A model generated the notes under the pieces. That model had not been told where the DNA came from and did not search any database. It was given only the letters and a program-made list of their open reading frames with translations. Below, piece after piece: positions 1-12,200 of a stretch of 64,000 bases of DNA; within the stretch, counting starts at the first letter, position 1, and every line of letters starts with the position of its first letter. Made by a program: the position numbers and the translations under genes. The stretch lies in contig OZ076409.1 of the NCBI GenBank assembly GCA_964187785.1, positions 6,636,001-6,700,000 on the forward strand, in the 5' to 3' direction. The stretch is from Amphiscolops sp. MND2022. Its lineage: Eukaryota.

Positions 1-2
1 AC

Positions 3-1725
3 CATTATGATGAGGAAAACCATGGCCCAAAAAGTAAACGATGTGTTCCCAAAAACTATGAGAAAAATTTGCGAGAAATTACCCCAGTGCACCTAACATT
101 ATGCACAACTGTTGAAGCGCGACTCTTGTCAGACCTTTATGACATAATGAAGCAATTCAAATTCGCAAAATCTCTAACCAGCATTGACAAAACCAATTTG
201 TTTGGGGACCTCATTGCTTATTTGCTGGAATTTTCTATTCCAAAGTGTAGAGATCGCAAAATTTTGAGCATTACAACTCATGCCGTTTTACAAATGGTCC
301 CTCAAATTCAGCACAATAGAAGTTCTAACTCAAGTGACTTGTTAGTCTTGCAAATTGAAGATGAAGCTGGGTACTTGGACAGCTTCAGAATTCCTCACAT
401 TGTTGGAGAAGCAATGTTAATATATTTTGAAGCTGTACGACCGTACTTCATAAAACCTGAAGGTATCGACCAGAAAAAAAGGTTCATGCAGTCACCCAGT
501 CAAGGGATACCACCATATTACGTCATGACGGAGCCATTCTTTGTCAACAGCTGGGGAAAAACACAATTCAAAGTGCGGAACATAAGAAATCGGATTGAAC
601 AGGTAACTAATCAAATACTGTTTGATAAGAATTACTTGACTCAGTTTGATTTGTATTAGTCGATAGTAACCATAAGACATAATCACAAGTTGGAATATCA
701 AAAACATCTTCCTTTTGCAGTTTTCGCTTATTTCAATAACTATCTGCGTGTTCTAGTTTTCCGACTTGACAAGAAACCCAGCCGAACGTGAAATGGACAG
801 ATTGGAAAGAACTGTCAAACTGATGACACTTTCAAAATGTTCAGCAGAAGAAGAATTTTGGTCTGAATCTTACCTGATGATGGAAGTCAAAAAACATTTG
901 AGGCCCAGCGGACATTACGATGACAGAACGGTCATGAAAGTAGTCGAAAAAAGAATTCAAGCACTTAGGCATCAAAGAGCAGATATTAGGGCGGCCGAAT
1001 ACAAGAGCCACTACCCTACATCACTAGCTGACCCTGCGAAAGAAAGAGAGAGAATAATCGATTTTGCAAACTTGGTCAACTGGCCCCACTTCACAGATGT
1101 AAAGAGAGTCATGGATGCTTCTTCTAGAATGTCTGGGGTATCAAGATCTCGACAAAGTTCGCGCAAAAAAGCATTCAATCCAAATCTAGAATGGAGACTT
1201 TGCAATACCCCTTACTTCCAAGATGACTTGAAAGATAGATGCGAAAACCAATTCTGGCCAGGCGTCTGCGATGTTGTCTATCCTACAATGGGTCGAGGAA
1301 TAATCGCGACCAAACCATTTAACAAGGATGACGTTATTTTTGACTACCACGGACATGTAGAAGAAAACACGAACAACGTCGACTACTACTGCAGTCTGGA
1401 CCCAGAGAACCGCAAGCCAGAATACTGCATCGAGGTTAAAACAAGGCCGGGAAGAATTATTGATGCAACCTCGGAAATATGCCCCATCCACAACGATGGC
1501 AGAAGGTGCCTTGCTCGATTGTGCAATTACTCAAGTACCTTTGATGGTGGAAAGACCAACCCAGCTTGTAACATGAAACTGGTCGAATTGAAATGTACAT
1601 ACTTGAAAAATAATCCGCGTTACGTGCTACTTATTGCAAAGCGGAAAATTGAACCCCTGGAGCAGCTGATGTTTGATTACATGGACCCCGAAGCCAATAG
1701 AATTTTCGGCGGTAATGCCGAGTAA
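3..1725 (+). CDS. Spliced gene, 5'-truncated by the window: degenerate tyrosine-recombinase-like domain (exon 3-602) joined to a SETD8/PR-Set7-like SET domain (exon 757-1725)
   Basis: The frame is open from base 3. A phase-0 intron CAG|GTAACT (603) to TTCTAG| (756) joins ORF 69-659 in frame to ORF 766-1725. SET motifs: GRGIIATKPF..DYHG, IDAT, LARLCNYS, LIAKRKI, QLMFDY. The YR-like call (FGDLIAYL..CR, YFEAVRP, FFVNSWG) is weaker. Confidence 0.75.
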
Positions 1726-1814
1726 AACCATTGATAAACTCGAACTTTGTTTTTAACTTATCAGTTTTTATATAATTTTTGTTGGAATATTAGTCATTGT
1801 CATCTAGTCAAATA

Positions 1815-2051
1815 CAGTGGTGATATTTTTAAAAGCAACAAAGCCGCTTCAAAGTCTGCGGCAGGTGAAAAAAAAACTTCAAAGTCATCCCAAAACATGT
1901 ATTTTCGAAAAAATCTTCAAACAAACATATTTGTAAACTAGATAAAAATCTAGAATACGTTTATTTTTATAAGGTTTCATAAACCACTGCCGTTTTAGAG
2001 ATATTCGATTTTGAGATTTGCCTTTTGATGCTCTCAATAATATCACTACTG
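1815..2051. mobile_element. Tc1/mariner-type MITE
   Basis: TA-CAGTGGTGATATT at the left and AATATCACTACTG-TA at the right: inverted termini with TA flanks. Confidence 0.65.
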
Positions 2052-2723
2052 TATATTATCTTCGGGTTTTGTTTTCTTTGTCAATTTTGAATTCAAAATA
2101 TGCCAATGGATATTCCAAAAAGCAGATATCGATTAACACTCTCAAGGAATCATATAAAAGAACTAACTGGGGCAGACGGTCGGATCGTTGAGGAGGCTGA
2201 TTTGATCCCTATCAGTCAAAATGTGCTCCTGGAGAGTGACTTGTTCATCATCGGTCTCAACTTCCTCGTTTCCTGCAGCAACGTAGTCAAACGTGAAACA
2301 TTCGGATTTAGTTTTCCTATTATTCATGTGTTCAAATAGTGGTTGATGAACTGCGGGCATTAGTCAAAACATAGACACATGTAAGATTTCAAAAAGTTCA
2401 TGTTAAAAACTAACTCTGACAGACGGTTGGCTCATCTCTGTCAGTCAAAACGCCGCGGTGTTCTTGAAGAACTGCTTCGGTACTGGCTTCTCTATCATGA
2501 TGAAGGCTTGGCCTAAATTTGGGCTGAAAAAAACAACAAATTTGCCAAATTTACATTAAAGTGGGGTAACCGACAAGGCCTTCCAAAACTCGGGAATCCA
2601 TGGGCACGTTTTGATATCCGTAACCGAATTTCTGGCAACCAAATGAGCAAAACTTTTGAGATTAGAATAACAGTGTATTTCTATATAAGCATTATATTTA
2701 ATTTTTTTTGACTAAGAAATATC

Positions 2724-3082
2724 GGTGAATTCCCAAATAACATAAGAGCAAATAACATAAAAACAAAATTAGTTTCAAATAACATTAAAATGAAATGGGT
2801 TTCACTAAACATAAAAATAAAATTGTTAATGAGAAAATATCAGTGGTCAAAAGCATACACAATTCAAAAGATTCACTGAAAAAAGTGTGGAAATTACAGA
2901 TAAAATTTTCTGAGTTCGATCGTTTTACCGGGTATTCGGTTTTATTTTTATGTTCTTTGACACTAATTTTGTTTTTATGTTATTTGCATTCATTTGTATG
3001 TTTAGTGAAACTCATTTCAATTTTGTGTTTTGAAACTAATTTTATTTTTGTTGTTTGTTCTTATGTTATTTAGGAAATCACC
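2724..3082. mobile_element. Fold-back/MITE-like element with long imperfect TIRs
   Basis: GGTGAATTCCCAAATAACATAAGAGCAAA... is the imperfect reverse complement of ...TTTGTTCTTATGTTATTTAGGAAATCACC over about 100 bp. No clear TSD. Confidence 0.65.
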
Positions 3083-3597
3083 AACGTTTATCAAGAAAAA
3101 ATATTGAAAGCAATTATTAAAACCAAAGTATTAAAAAGCCAACCCTGAAAGTTAATAAATCAACTGATTAACTCTAACCTGTTTCAAATGGTCCGGTAAG
3201 TCGTCTAGTTCAATGTCCAGCTTCCGGATCCGTAAAAGTAACGTTTTTAACATGGCAATGACAATTGAAAACAAATGACTAACTTTTACACGCACAGTAT
3301 CAATATGACCTCATCGGAATATGCGACGAAAGAATTTCGTCCAATCAGAAGCGAGTATTCGGTTTCGTTCATCAAGATTACATGTAGTTTGATCAACAGA
3401 AAAACAAATAAACTTTTGCTCCCGTATTACAACAATCTTACTGATTTACTTGTGCACTTAAATCACTAAAATGGAAGTGAAATTACTTTGAACATTTAGT
3501 AACATTCCACTTCTTGGAGCGTTGACTTTAACAACTGATAAGAACGTTCACACTTTGAAAAAATGGTGAATATCAGAACAATCATTTGATCAATTCT

Positions 3598-3995
3598 CAA
3601 TAAATAAATCAATGACGTTTCACAGGATACCAACTCAATTAATAAATATGAAAAAATCAATTGTTTTGTTATGATTGAAAAAACCTAAACTCATTTTATA
3701 TATCAACTATACTGTTCTTTTGCCCAAAACAAAGAATCCTGATTTTTGATGATTAGATTAATTGTCAATAAATAAATCAATGACGATTCACAGGATACCA
3801 ATTAAATTAATAAATATCAAACAACCATATATATCAATCAAGGTGAATAGTTGAATAAAGTTGTTTCTGTAGTAAGTGTACAACTATCAAACAATTTTTT
3901 GTTATGATTGAAAAAACTTAAACCCGTATTATATATCAACTATACTGTTCTTTTGCCCCAAAACAAAAACGATTCACAGAATACTGATTTAATAA
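3598..3995. repeat. Degenerate AT-rich tandem duplication
   Basis: CAATAAATAAATCAATGACG..TCACAGGATACCAA and TTATGATTGAAAAAAC..TATATATCAACTATACTGTTCTTTT each occur twice. Confidence 0.7.
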
Positions 3996-4789
3996 GTTCC
4001 AAAAAAATGAAATACATCAAAATTACATACTAACACATCATAATATACCTACACATCATAATACATCAAAATATTTGTAATTATCATAATTGCCCGATCA
4101 TAATTGCCATTATATACAAAAGAAAAGAATAGTTAAGTATTAAACAGTATTAAAATAAAGTAAACTAAAATTTATCACGATAATAATCTTGCAGTGATTG
4201 GCCGGAACGAAAAAATTATTAGGGTTATATTCCTGCAGATATCGGCTTCGGAACGAAGATTTTCGTCATTGCCAATTTTATTTGTCCCGCCTAAAATACT
4301 GGGAAAATAATAGTTGAGCTGATATTTCTTAGTCAAAAAAAATTAAGAATTTAATTTGATAACTAAATTAATTTTAACTGAATTAATTTGATAAACCAAA
4401 AACTGAACACTGAAAATCTGCATGTGTAGATATATATTGAGACACTTCCATGTCAAAGCAGTGTATTGAATTGGCCGAAGCGAGTGGCAGATCTATCTAA
4501 ATCTTGAAATTCTTTGAGCAAGCGATGGAATTACTTGCCCAATTTACTCTCATCAACGAGTATGCATGGGCAATTAAAGCCATCGCTCCTGCAAAGAAAC
4601 TCAATACGTAGCTTGTGCTTCCTCGGAAATCAATAGGCAACAGTTTTGGCTGCGAAACGAATGGGCATTTTTGGCCCATACATTCATTCATGTCCATCAT
4701 TTTCCGAGCCGCACAACGAGTAAAATCTGCATTTTCGTTGCCGGTTACCCCACTGTAATGTTATAACTTTGCTTTCTGATAATTTCTTG

Positions 4790-5366
4790 CACCACTCAGG
4801 CCTAGGGGTTTGCGCTAAGAGTGACAGTGGCTGAGAGCAGGAGTTCGTGAGTCCGAATCCCGGGATGGTTTTTTGATTTTCGCAAAAGTAAATGAGATCA
4901 TAACCCCTGTTTGGGTTTTCGGAGCTGTGCGACTTTTTTGGGAAACGTTTTCATTTGATCGAAAGGTACCTTCACTTTTTGAAGCGTTTCCGGTTTGGAA
5001 TAAAATTTTGCAAACCTGAAGGGTCTCCTATTGGGTATTTCGGCACCTTTTTAATGAATTTCTTTGTTTTCAGTTAGTTAAGGAACAAGTGTTTCTCGAG
5101 TTTCAAGGGTATGCTTTCGGGTAGTTTTGGGAATTTTGATATTTTTAGTCCCTTTGCAAATTTAAATAGCTATTGAACCTTGAGCGACGCGCCGACTTAC
5201 CGTATATTCCGGCGTATTTTTCCAAAATTTTGATTCTGAAAAAACAGTCTTCGTTTTATGTTCGTCGTATAAGCCCCCTCCCCAAACTTTTGACCACCAA
5301 AATTTCAAAAAAAAACGTGCTCATACGCCGGAATAAACGGTAGGCCATTACCAGCTTGACTTGTTC
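4790..5366 (+). mobile_element. Putative tRNA-derived SINE-like repeat (related copies near 28424-28630, 31513-31790, 34970-35370)
   Basis: A-box-like AGGCCTAGGGG and B-box-like GTCCGAATCC in the head. The body (CGG..CTGTGCGACTTTT, GGGTC.CC) and the end GCGCCGAC....CTTGTT are shared with the other three loci. Confidence 0.45.
5200..5340. mobile_element. Tc1/mariner superfamily (pogo-like) MITE nested in the SINE-like repeat
   Basis: TA-CCGTATATTCCGGCGTAT ... ATACGCCGGAATAAACGG-TA: 18-bp TIRs with 1 mismatch and a TA duplication. Confidence 0.8.
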
Positions 5367-7083
5367 ATTGTAAAACAGCTGATAGACATTTGAACAAATG
5401 ATTCCGATGAAACTATTTTTAAAGAAATAATGGTCATAAATTATTAATTTTTCATCACGAAAATAATCGTTTATTCTCAGGTAGGGTTTAGGGAAAAAAT
5501 TTATTTCACATACCTAAAATAATTCATTATTTTGGCGCCTAATAACTTGGGCGGTGAAGTAGGTGGAAAGCAAATGAATATCTGTGGACGTTTATTTAGC
5601 CCTTCGGAGCTCAATCTTGGGTAATCAAGGCACACCGTCACACCAATGCACTGGGAGATATCGAGTTGTTCTTATCGGTGAACTGTGAATAAAAAATACT
5701 GCGATGCCGAATTGATTTCAATTTTTGTTTTTGAAAATGCTTTGGAATCTACCATTATTTCCATTGTTCATTTAAAAAACAGGGAAATAATCATTATTGT
5801 TATGGAGTCTCTGATGGGGTTGAAAGTTGAAACAGCAGTTACCAATGTTGGTACTGGTTTTGATGGAACGCTGATTCGTTCAACTTGGAATCGAGTTTGA
5901 ACCGCTTTTTTAGGCGAATCACGATCGGAGAAAAAATCACCGAAAGAGTTTGATACAGCACGTTTCGTGATTTTTTTTAGCATTGAAATGCCGGGTTTTT
6001 GCTAGTTAGGAAAACGTTTTAGAAAAAACTCGAAAAATATTCTTGGCGCTTCAGCCACCAAGGTTTTTCGAAAGATCATGCTAAGTAATCGCGAGGAGCT
6101 AGTGTTTGCTATAAAGAGTATAAACAAAGATCTGCCCTGTTTCTTTAAGGGCATGTAAACATTTTTCAGAAAAAAAGTCGCAATAAATATTGTATAGTGC
6201 AAAAACCCAAACGGGAAACTTCTGGCTTAACAATTGTGAACAAACAGAGTGAAATTATTGACAACCCAAAACTCCAAAGAATAATTTCTGAAAAACTACG
6301 TTTTCTCGAAAAAGGCAAAGTGACCATTCAAGCTCGCAAATCGTGTTGTCCTTGTTAAAAAGAAAGACGTTAAGGGTTGTACGCTTTGGAAAAACAGTTG
6401 CATACTGTGGAAATATTGTAAAGCTGGACATCCTAGCTGGTCGGTCATGTGTGAAATATTATTTGGGTTTCAGAAGTGAGTTTTGTACGAGTCGAAATCT
6501 AACCGACAGAAAAATTGCGAAATTGCTTTGATGGACAAAGTTTTTTTGCTAACTTTTTTCTCGTCTTGAACATTTTGAGCCAAAAGTTGTAAATGGTTGA
6601 ATTTTGAGCTGATAGTGGCCATTCGTAGTTTCCACATTTATCATCATTACAGTGCACAGGCAAGCTATTTTGCTGTTTTCGTGGAATCCGGGACACGAAA
6701 ATTGAGAAAAATCGTGGAATCCAGTACAAAATTTCTCTTTGATGTTAAGCGTGTCTTGGATTCCACGACAGTGCTTGTCTTGGATTCCACGCCAATACTG
6801 CTGCTATAATGACACTTTTGCCGCTGCTCTCTGATTGGTCCGCTGATCATTTTGAATTAATATGCGAAAAGTAGTGCATAATATTATGTTTGTTCAGTCT
6901 TCCACTTGAATTTAATTCAAGAAGAGATGCCGCGTTTCGCGTCAAGCATAAATTCGTGGAATCCAGGAAATTTATGATTTCTGCAATCTGATTGGTTCAT
7001 TTCGCAAAACTTACGTTTTTGTGGAATCCGGGACACCGCTGCATGCCGACAGTTCGTACAGCTAAGCATTTGTTACTGGAATC

Positions 7084-7351
7084 TGTACTGACCTACATTA
7101 ATAACCAATAGTATTTAGATGTTTATAGAATGTTCTAGAATGTACATTTATTTGTTATTGAATGATTGTAAATCTCTACTCCTTCAGAGAGAGAAAACTA
7201 ATAATCAGTATTCAGTTGACTTCCTTTTTGTTCTACTACTAACACCTCGGAATAGTTGTAATAAAGAAAGCTAGCTAGCCTGTCTCTCAGCCGCTTTTAG
7301 TAGTTGCGTATAAGACCATCAAAACAATAACCAACCATTAAAAGCAGCACA
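7084..7351 (+). repeat. 5' LTR (268 bp)
   Basis: TGTACTGACC...GCAGCACA. It matches 25228-25495 except at 2 substitutions and contains AATAAA (7260). Confidence 0.97.
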
Positions 7352-7354
7352 ATT

Positions 7355-7368
7355 TGGTGCGACTTGTA
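7355..7368 (+). promoter_or_regulatory. Putative primer-binding site
   Basis: TGGTGCGACTTG starts 3 nt after the 5' LTR. The priming tRNA was not identified. Confidence 0.6.
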
Positions 7369-7637
7369 AAATTTTTCTTTTGCCTTTTCTCCTGGATGAT
7401 TTCTCTTCTCTCAACAATCATACAAATACCACTCTCCATATTTGAAATTCTCTGGAATTGCAGTGAAATCTTTCTAGAATTTCTTGAAAGTTTGGTCTGT
7501 GACTTTCTAAATTTCATCAATAAATACATCATCGTTCGAAACACAATTTCTCCACTACAACAATCAACTTTACTATAACAAATTTTCTTCACTACCGGTT
7601 TATCACGTTTTCCAATACGTTGAAACGGTTTCATTTC

Positions 7638-7864
7638 GGACTGATTTATCCATTGTGACACAGTTCTGTTTTTCTTCTTTTTCCAGACTGATTTATCCAA
7701 AGTGACACAGTTCTGTTCTATATACTGATTTATCACAGCTAATCCGGAAGCTTGTTGAAACAGTTCTTTGATGTTTGTCTGGTTTATCAAGGTTTTCTAA
7801 CACCTTTGACACAGCAACATTTGTCTGGTTTATCAAGGTTTTCTAACACCTTTGACACAGCAAC
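7638..7864. repeat. Tandem repeats in the retroelement leader
   Basis: Two exact 45-bp copies (7774-7818, 7820-7864), plus three related ACTGATTTATC units at 7638-7738, the first two followed by GTGACACAGTTCTGTT. Confidence 0.9.
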
Positions 7865-9102
7865 TTTCTTCAATCCTGCTATCTTGAACGTCAGGTGGAC
7901 TCCTGGTGTAATAGTTGACTGAGTGCATGTCCAACTCCGCTCACCTATAAGCACATACGTCTCAAGATCAACTTCGTGTTGGCAGAAAACCTGGATTTTC
8001 TACTTTTACGCTTCGGATCCCCTTTTTATAAAATTTCCTACCAAAAAATTTCAGAAATAGACTCTGAAAACAAAAAAAAGGCAACCAAGACTAACTACCA
8101 AAAACAACCACGCACTATTCCCTTTCATTCCCTATTGTCGACAAACAATACAAATAAATTCAAAAACTTAAATAATACAAGTAACTTCAAAAAGTTTTCA
8201 ATAACCAACAAAAATAACAATATCAAATAAACTCAAACTTACCTCGAGTACTTCCAATAATAATAATTTTAACATAATCCTACAAAACAATTATTTTAAC
8301 AAAATACCACATACAATTTTCACAACTCTTTTGCTTTAAAACTTAAAATAAGGCATGTAAATAACACAAACACAGTAAAGTTAGTTTTCTACTTTCAGGC
8401 ACCCACAATTCCTATCCCCTCCCGTAAGACTTAGCCAATCAGACAGCCTCACCAGCTTACTCTGATTCTAAGACTGACTAAAAACCTTAGTTAAGTGTAA
8501 ACGTCTTTAAGGAGAATCGAGAGGACACCGAACTACGTTCGAATCTTCAAAATTCTCTGGAAGTAAAAGTAAAAATAAAAGAAACAAAGATCAAACTTTG
8601 ATCGTGATCAGTATTGATCTGACTTTGGATGGTGGACGTTGATTGTTCAGAGTTCCACTCCCTTAGTCTTAAAACACACAACCCACTTAAAATTAAAACA
8701 ATCTTAGTTTTTTCTGGACGTGTCAGTAACCTTATGTTAGACACCTTAAAGTGATCCAGACTTGAAATAACATTTAGTTTCTGTTAGCAATCTTTTGAGG
8801 TTGAATACAGATCCTACTGCACCCGCTTATTTCTTCTCTATCCTAAACCATTAACTTCTCAAATAACTTCAAATTACAATACAACTTATATGAACCCAAA
8901 CCAAGAAATTTATCCTTTCAACTTTTACATTCCACCAATAAGCTCTTTTCAAAACCCTACACCAAACGATTTTGAAAGATTAATTGAACGATATCAACGA
9001 TATTTCTTCTTTATCATAAATCAACAAAGAAATTACCCAAGAGCTCGAACTTAGAAAATGTTTATATAAGACATTTCAACGTTATAACCTTCACATTATA
9101 AC

Positions 9103-9216
9103 ATGTGGGAAAAGGTTACCACAGTAGTACTCATGACAACATACACGTTTTGTGTCTTATTTATAGTTTGTGTTCTTTTTGAAAAAATACTTACGGTGAT
9201 AAGAGACAAACTTTAA
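9103..9216 (+). CDS. 37-aa hydrophobic upstream ORF (possible single-pass peptide)
   Basis: MWEKVTTVVLMTTYTFCVLFIVCVLFEKILTVIRDKL*. The stop lies 2 nt before the gag ATG. Confidence 0.35.
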   Translation: MWEKVTTVVLMTTYTFCVLFIVCVLFEKILTVIRDKL

Positions 9217-9218
9217 AA

Positions 9219-12200
9219 ATGACCACAACAACATTTTTACCTTTTCACACTCCCATCATTAAAAATGCAAAAGTTGTAAAATTAGAACTAAACCTATTTC
9301 TACAAAACATTATTTCACATTATACACAACCACTCCCATTTGAAAATGAACCACACACAATTGAAACAATCCCTCGTATTAGAGAACATTTGGACACATA
9401 CCTTTTCTATATTAGATACAAAGTTTTAACAATCACCGAAGAATACCCAACTTTTCAAATATCCTTTCCTCAACAAAGACTTAATTCATCTCATATATAC
9501 AGAAGAACAATAAACCCAATAAACCTTCAAGTTCCTATTAAACAAGTTTTTCATGCTTTTCTAAATAATGTAAAAGATCACAATTTAGCACACGAAATTC
9601 CAAAATATAGTCCAAATGCACTCGACGATCTTCAACGATACATAGACAATTTCGATGTAGAAATTATTGAAACATTGGTTAATCCTGAAGACAACCCTCA
9701 TCATTGGTTACAAGCTGATATATTACGAATTCAAAATTTCATCTACCATTACTTCAAAGACCTAACATTAAATGACCAAACAATTCCTCAGATCAAAGTA
9801 ACATCTTTATTTCTCAGAAAATACTTCAGATTTAATTATCAACTATTATGGTCTCAACAAGATCAATCTGCTTTTACAGCATTTCCAGATCATTTTACAT
9901 TAGAAGAATGTTTACCATTCATCATCAGTGAACAAAATGAACACCCTTACTTTCATAAACCACAATTACTTACAAAACAAACCTTAGATTACATACGTTT
10001 CGATCCTCTATTAATTACAGAAAATGATCTATTCGCAGATAATAGACCATACCACTATCAACAAAATTCTCAAGATCAACAAAATTTACATTTTAACACT
10101 AACAATTCTACTGAATATGATAACACCGATCAGGAAAACTCAACCCAACAACAAAGTCAACCTGAAAACTATAACGATAATGAGTTTACTACCCAAGAAT
10201 CTACAATCTCAACACATAATCCATCACAAACAGGGACATCAACATCAGTACATACTCACTCCTTTAGAGTTCCCACTAGAGTTGTAAATCAAAGACAAAA
10301 TATACATAGTCCTCAATCTCATTTAGATACATCTCCAAACCGTAATATAACTTTTAACCTTCCACATACAGATGACATACACGATGAAACCCATGATACA
10401 TTACAATATGATACTATCACTACATCTAGTGCTCAGAATACTTCTGCTAATGTTGCATCTCCAACAAGAACTACCTCTGATTCTACAAGATACATTACTC
10501 GACCTAGATATGATCCTCCATCAATCCCCTCCGCCTTTCGCTCAAACAGATCGACCACTTCTAGCAACAATTTTAATGATAATCCTCAAACTTCCAACCG
10601 ATATTACGATCCATTTAATTATAACTTTCATCCTCCATCAAATACAACTAACAATACAAATACCAACCAACACCACTCTCAAATTAATACAATTTCAACA
10701 ACACAAAACCCTTTCATACAATTATCAAATACCAATACGTCCCAGAATATATATTCTCAAAATCAAGGAACCTCGTATACTTCCACTTCTTATTCTAATA
10801 TTACACAGGATTTTCAAAGAAGACTTCATAATCCTCCACGTACACATATCCCAACTGATCCTCTGTATCGAACGCATCCAAATCCAAATCTTAACCCTAA
10901 TCCTAACCCATTACCACCAAATACAATCCAACATATACCTCCACCACTCACACAACAATTCACTTCTTCACCCCAATATCTACCAATGCCACAAGATACC
11001 TTTATAAACATGTCCGCTTCAATACCAGAACCTATGAAACCTTTTGATGGTTTGGACCATTCTTACACCCCCGAAGAATATCTACAACAAGTCGAAGCAA
11101 GATTAACCTTCGCCATAGGTGAAGAACCTCAAAATAATCCTATAAAATACAAATCTTGGCATAATAGACGCATGGCTTACATACAATGTTCATTAATAGG
11201 AACAGCTCTCGCATGGTACACTAACCTCCATATATCATATAAGCAACAATGGAATTCCTTTGTACAACTATTCAAAAAACAATTCTCATCTCAAAAAACT
11301 GCTTACTACGCTCAAGTAGAAGCTATGTCACTCATGAAAAAGGATAATGAAACAGTTCGCCACTTCGCCCTTAGAGTACAACAATTAGTTAAAAAGGGAT
11401 GGTGTAATGAAAATGCAGCTACCATAAATCTCAAAAATAATGAAATCTTTACAAAAGGGTTACCAAAGAAGTTAAAAGATTTTGCCCATAAACGACAAGT
11501 TAAACATGTATCAACATTACTTGAACCTTCAATACCATTTCATACACTTGTTAGACATGTCGATTCTGAAGATATTGCTAATGAAAAAATTAGAACTAAC
11601 GACTTAGCCCTAGAAATAAACAAAGTATCGCTTGAAGATGATACTAACAAAAAAGAATTTGAACATGAAGATCAGATAATGATTACTCAAACTGGAGACC
11701 CAAATAACAAAAGCAAACCAGCGTATAGAAAATATTGTTCCTATTGTCATAAAAATAATCATAGTATTTCAAATTGTTATCAAAAACAACGTGATGACGA
11801 ATACCAGAAATACAATAACCAAAGATCACGAACTCCTCAACAATCCTTTGTACAATATTTTCGCAGTAAACCTAATAATCCTCAGGAAAATCGAAATGAC
11901 AATACAAACTCTTACTCCTCAGATAATGATCGTAATAAAAATAATCAAAACTACTATAATGATAGATACAGAAACAATGATAGATATCGTAGCAATAGTA
12001 GAGAATTTTCGCAAAACAACTATAGATCAAACTCTCGACAAAGATATTATAATCGATCCCGAAGTCCGTATAGATCTCGATTTGATAATTATTATCAAAG
12101 AAGAACTCCATCTAGATCTCCATATAGATCTCCATACAGAAATAACTCAAATTACAGATATAATTCTCGCTCAAGATACAGATCTCGTTCTCAATCACAA

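Noticed and set aside
4790..4870. Functional tRNA gene
   Set aside because: I could not fold a cloverleaf with an acceptor stem, the B box is imperfect and the sequence runs into a repeat body.
7638..7864. CRISPR-like array
   Set aside because: The repeats are head-to-tail without unique spacers, there are no cas genes, and the context is eukaryotic. The same applies to 54860-54920 and 60526-60573.
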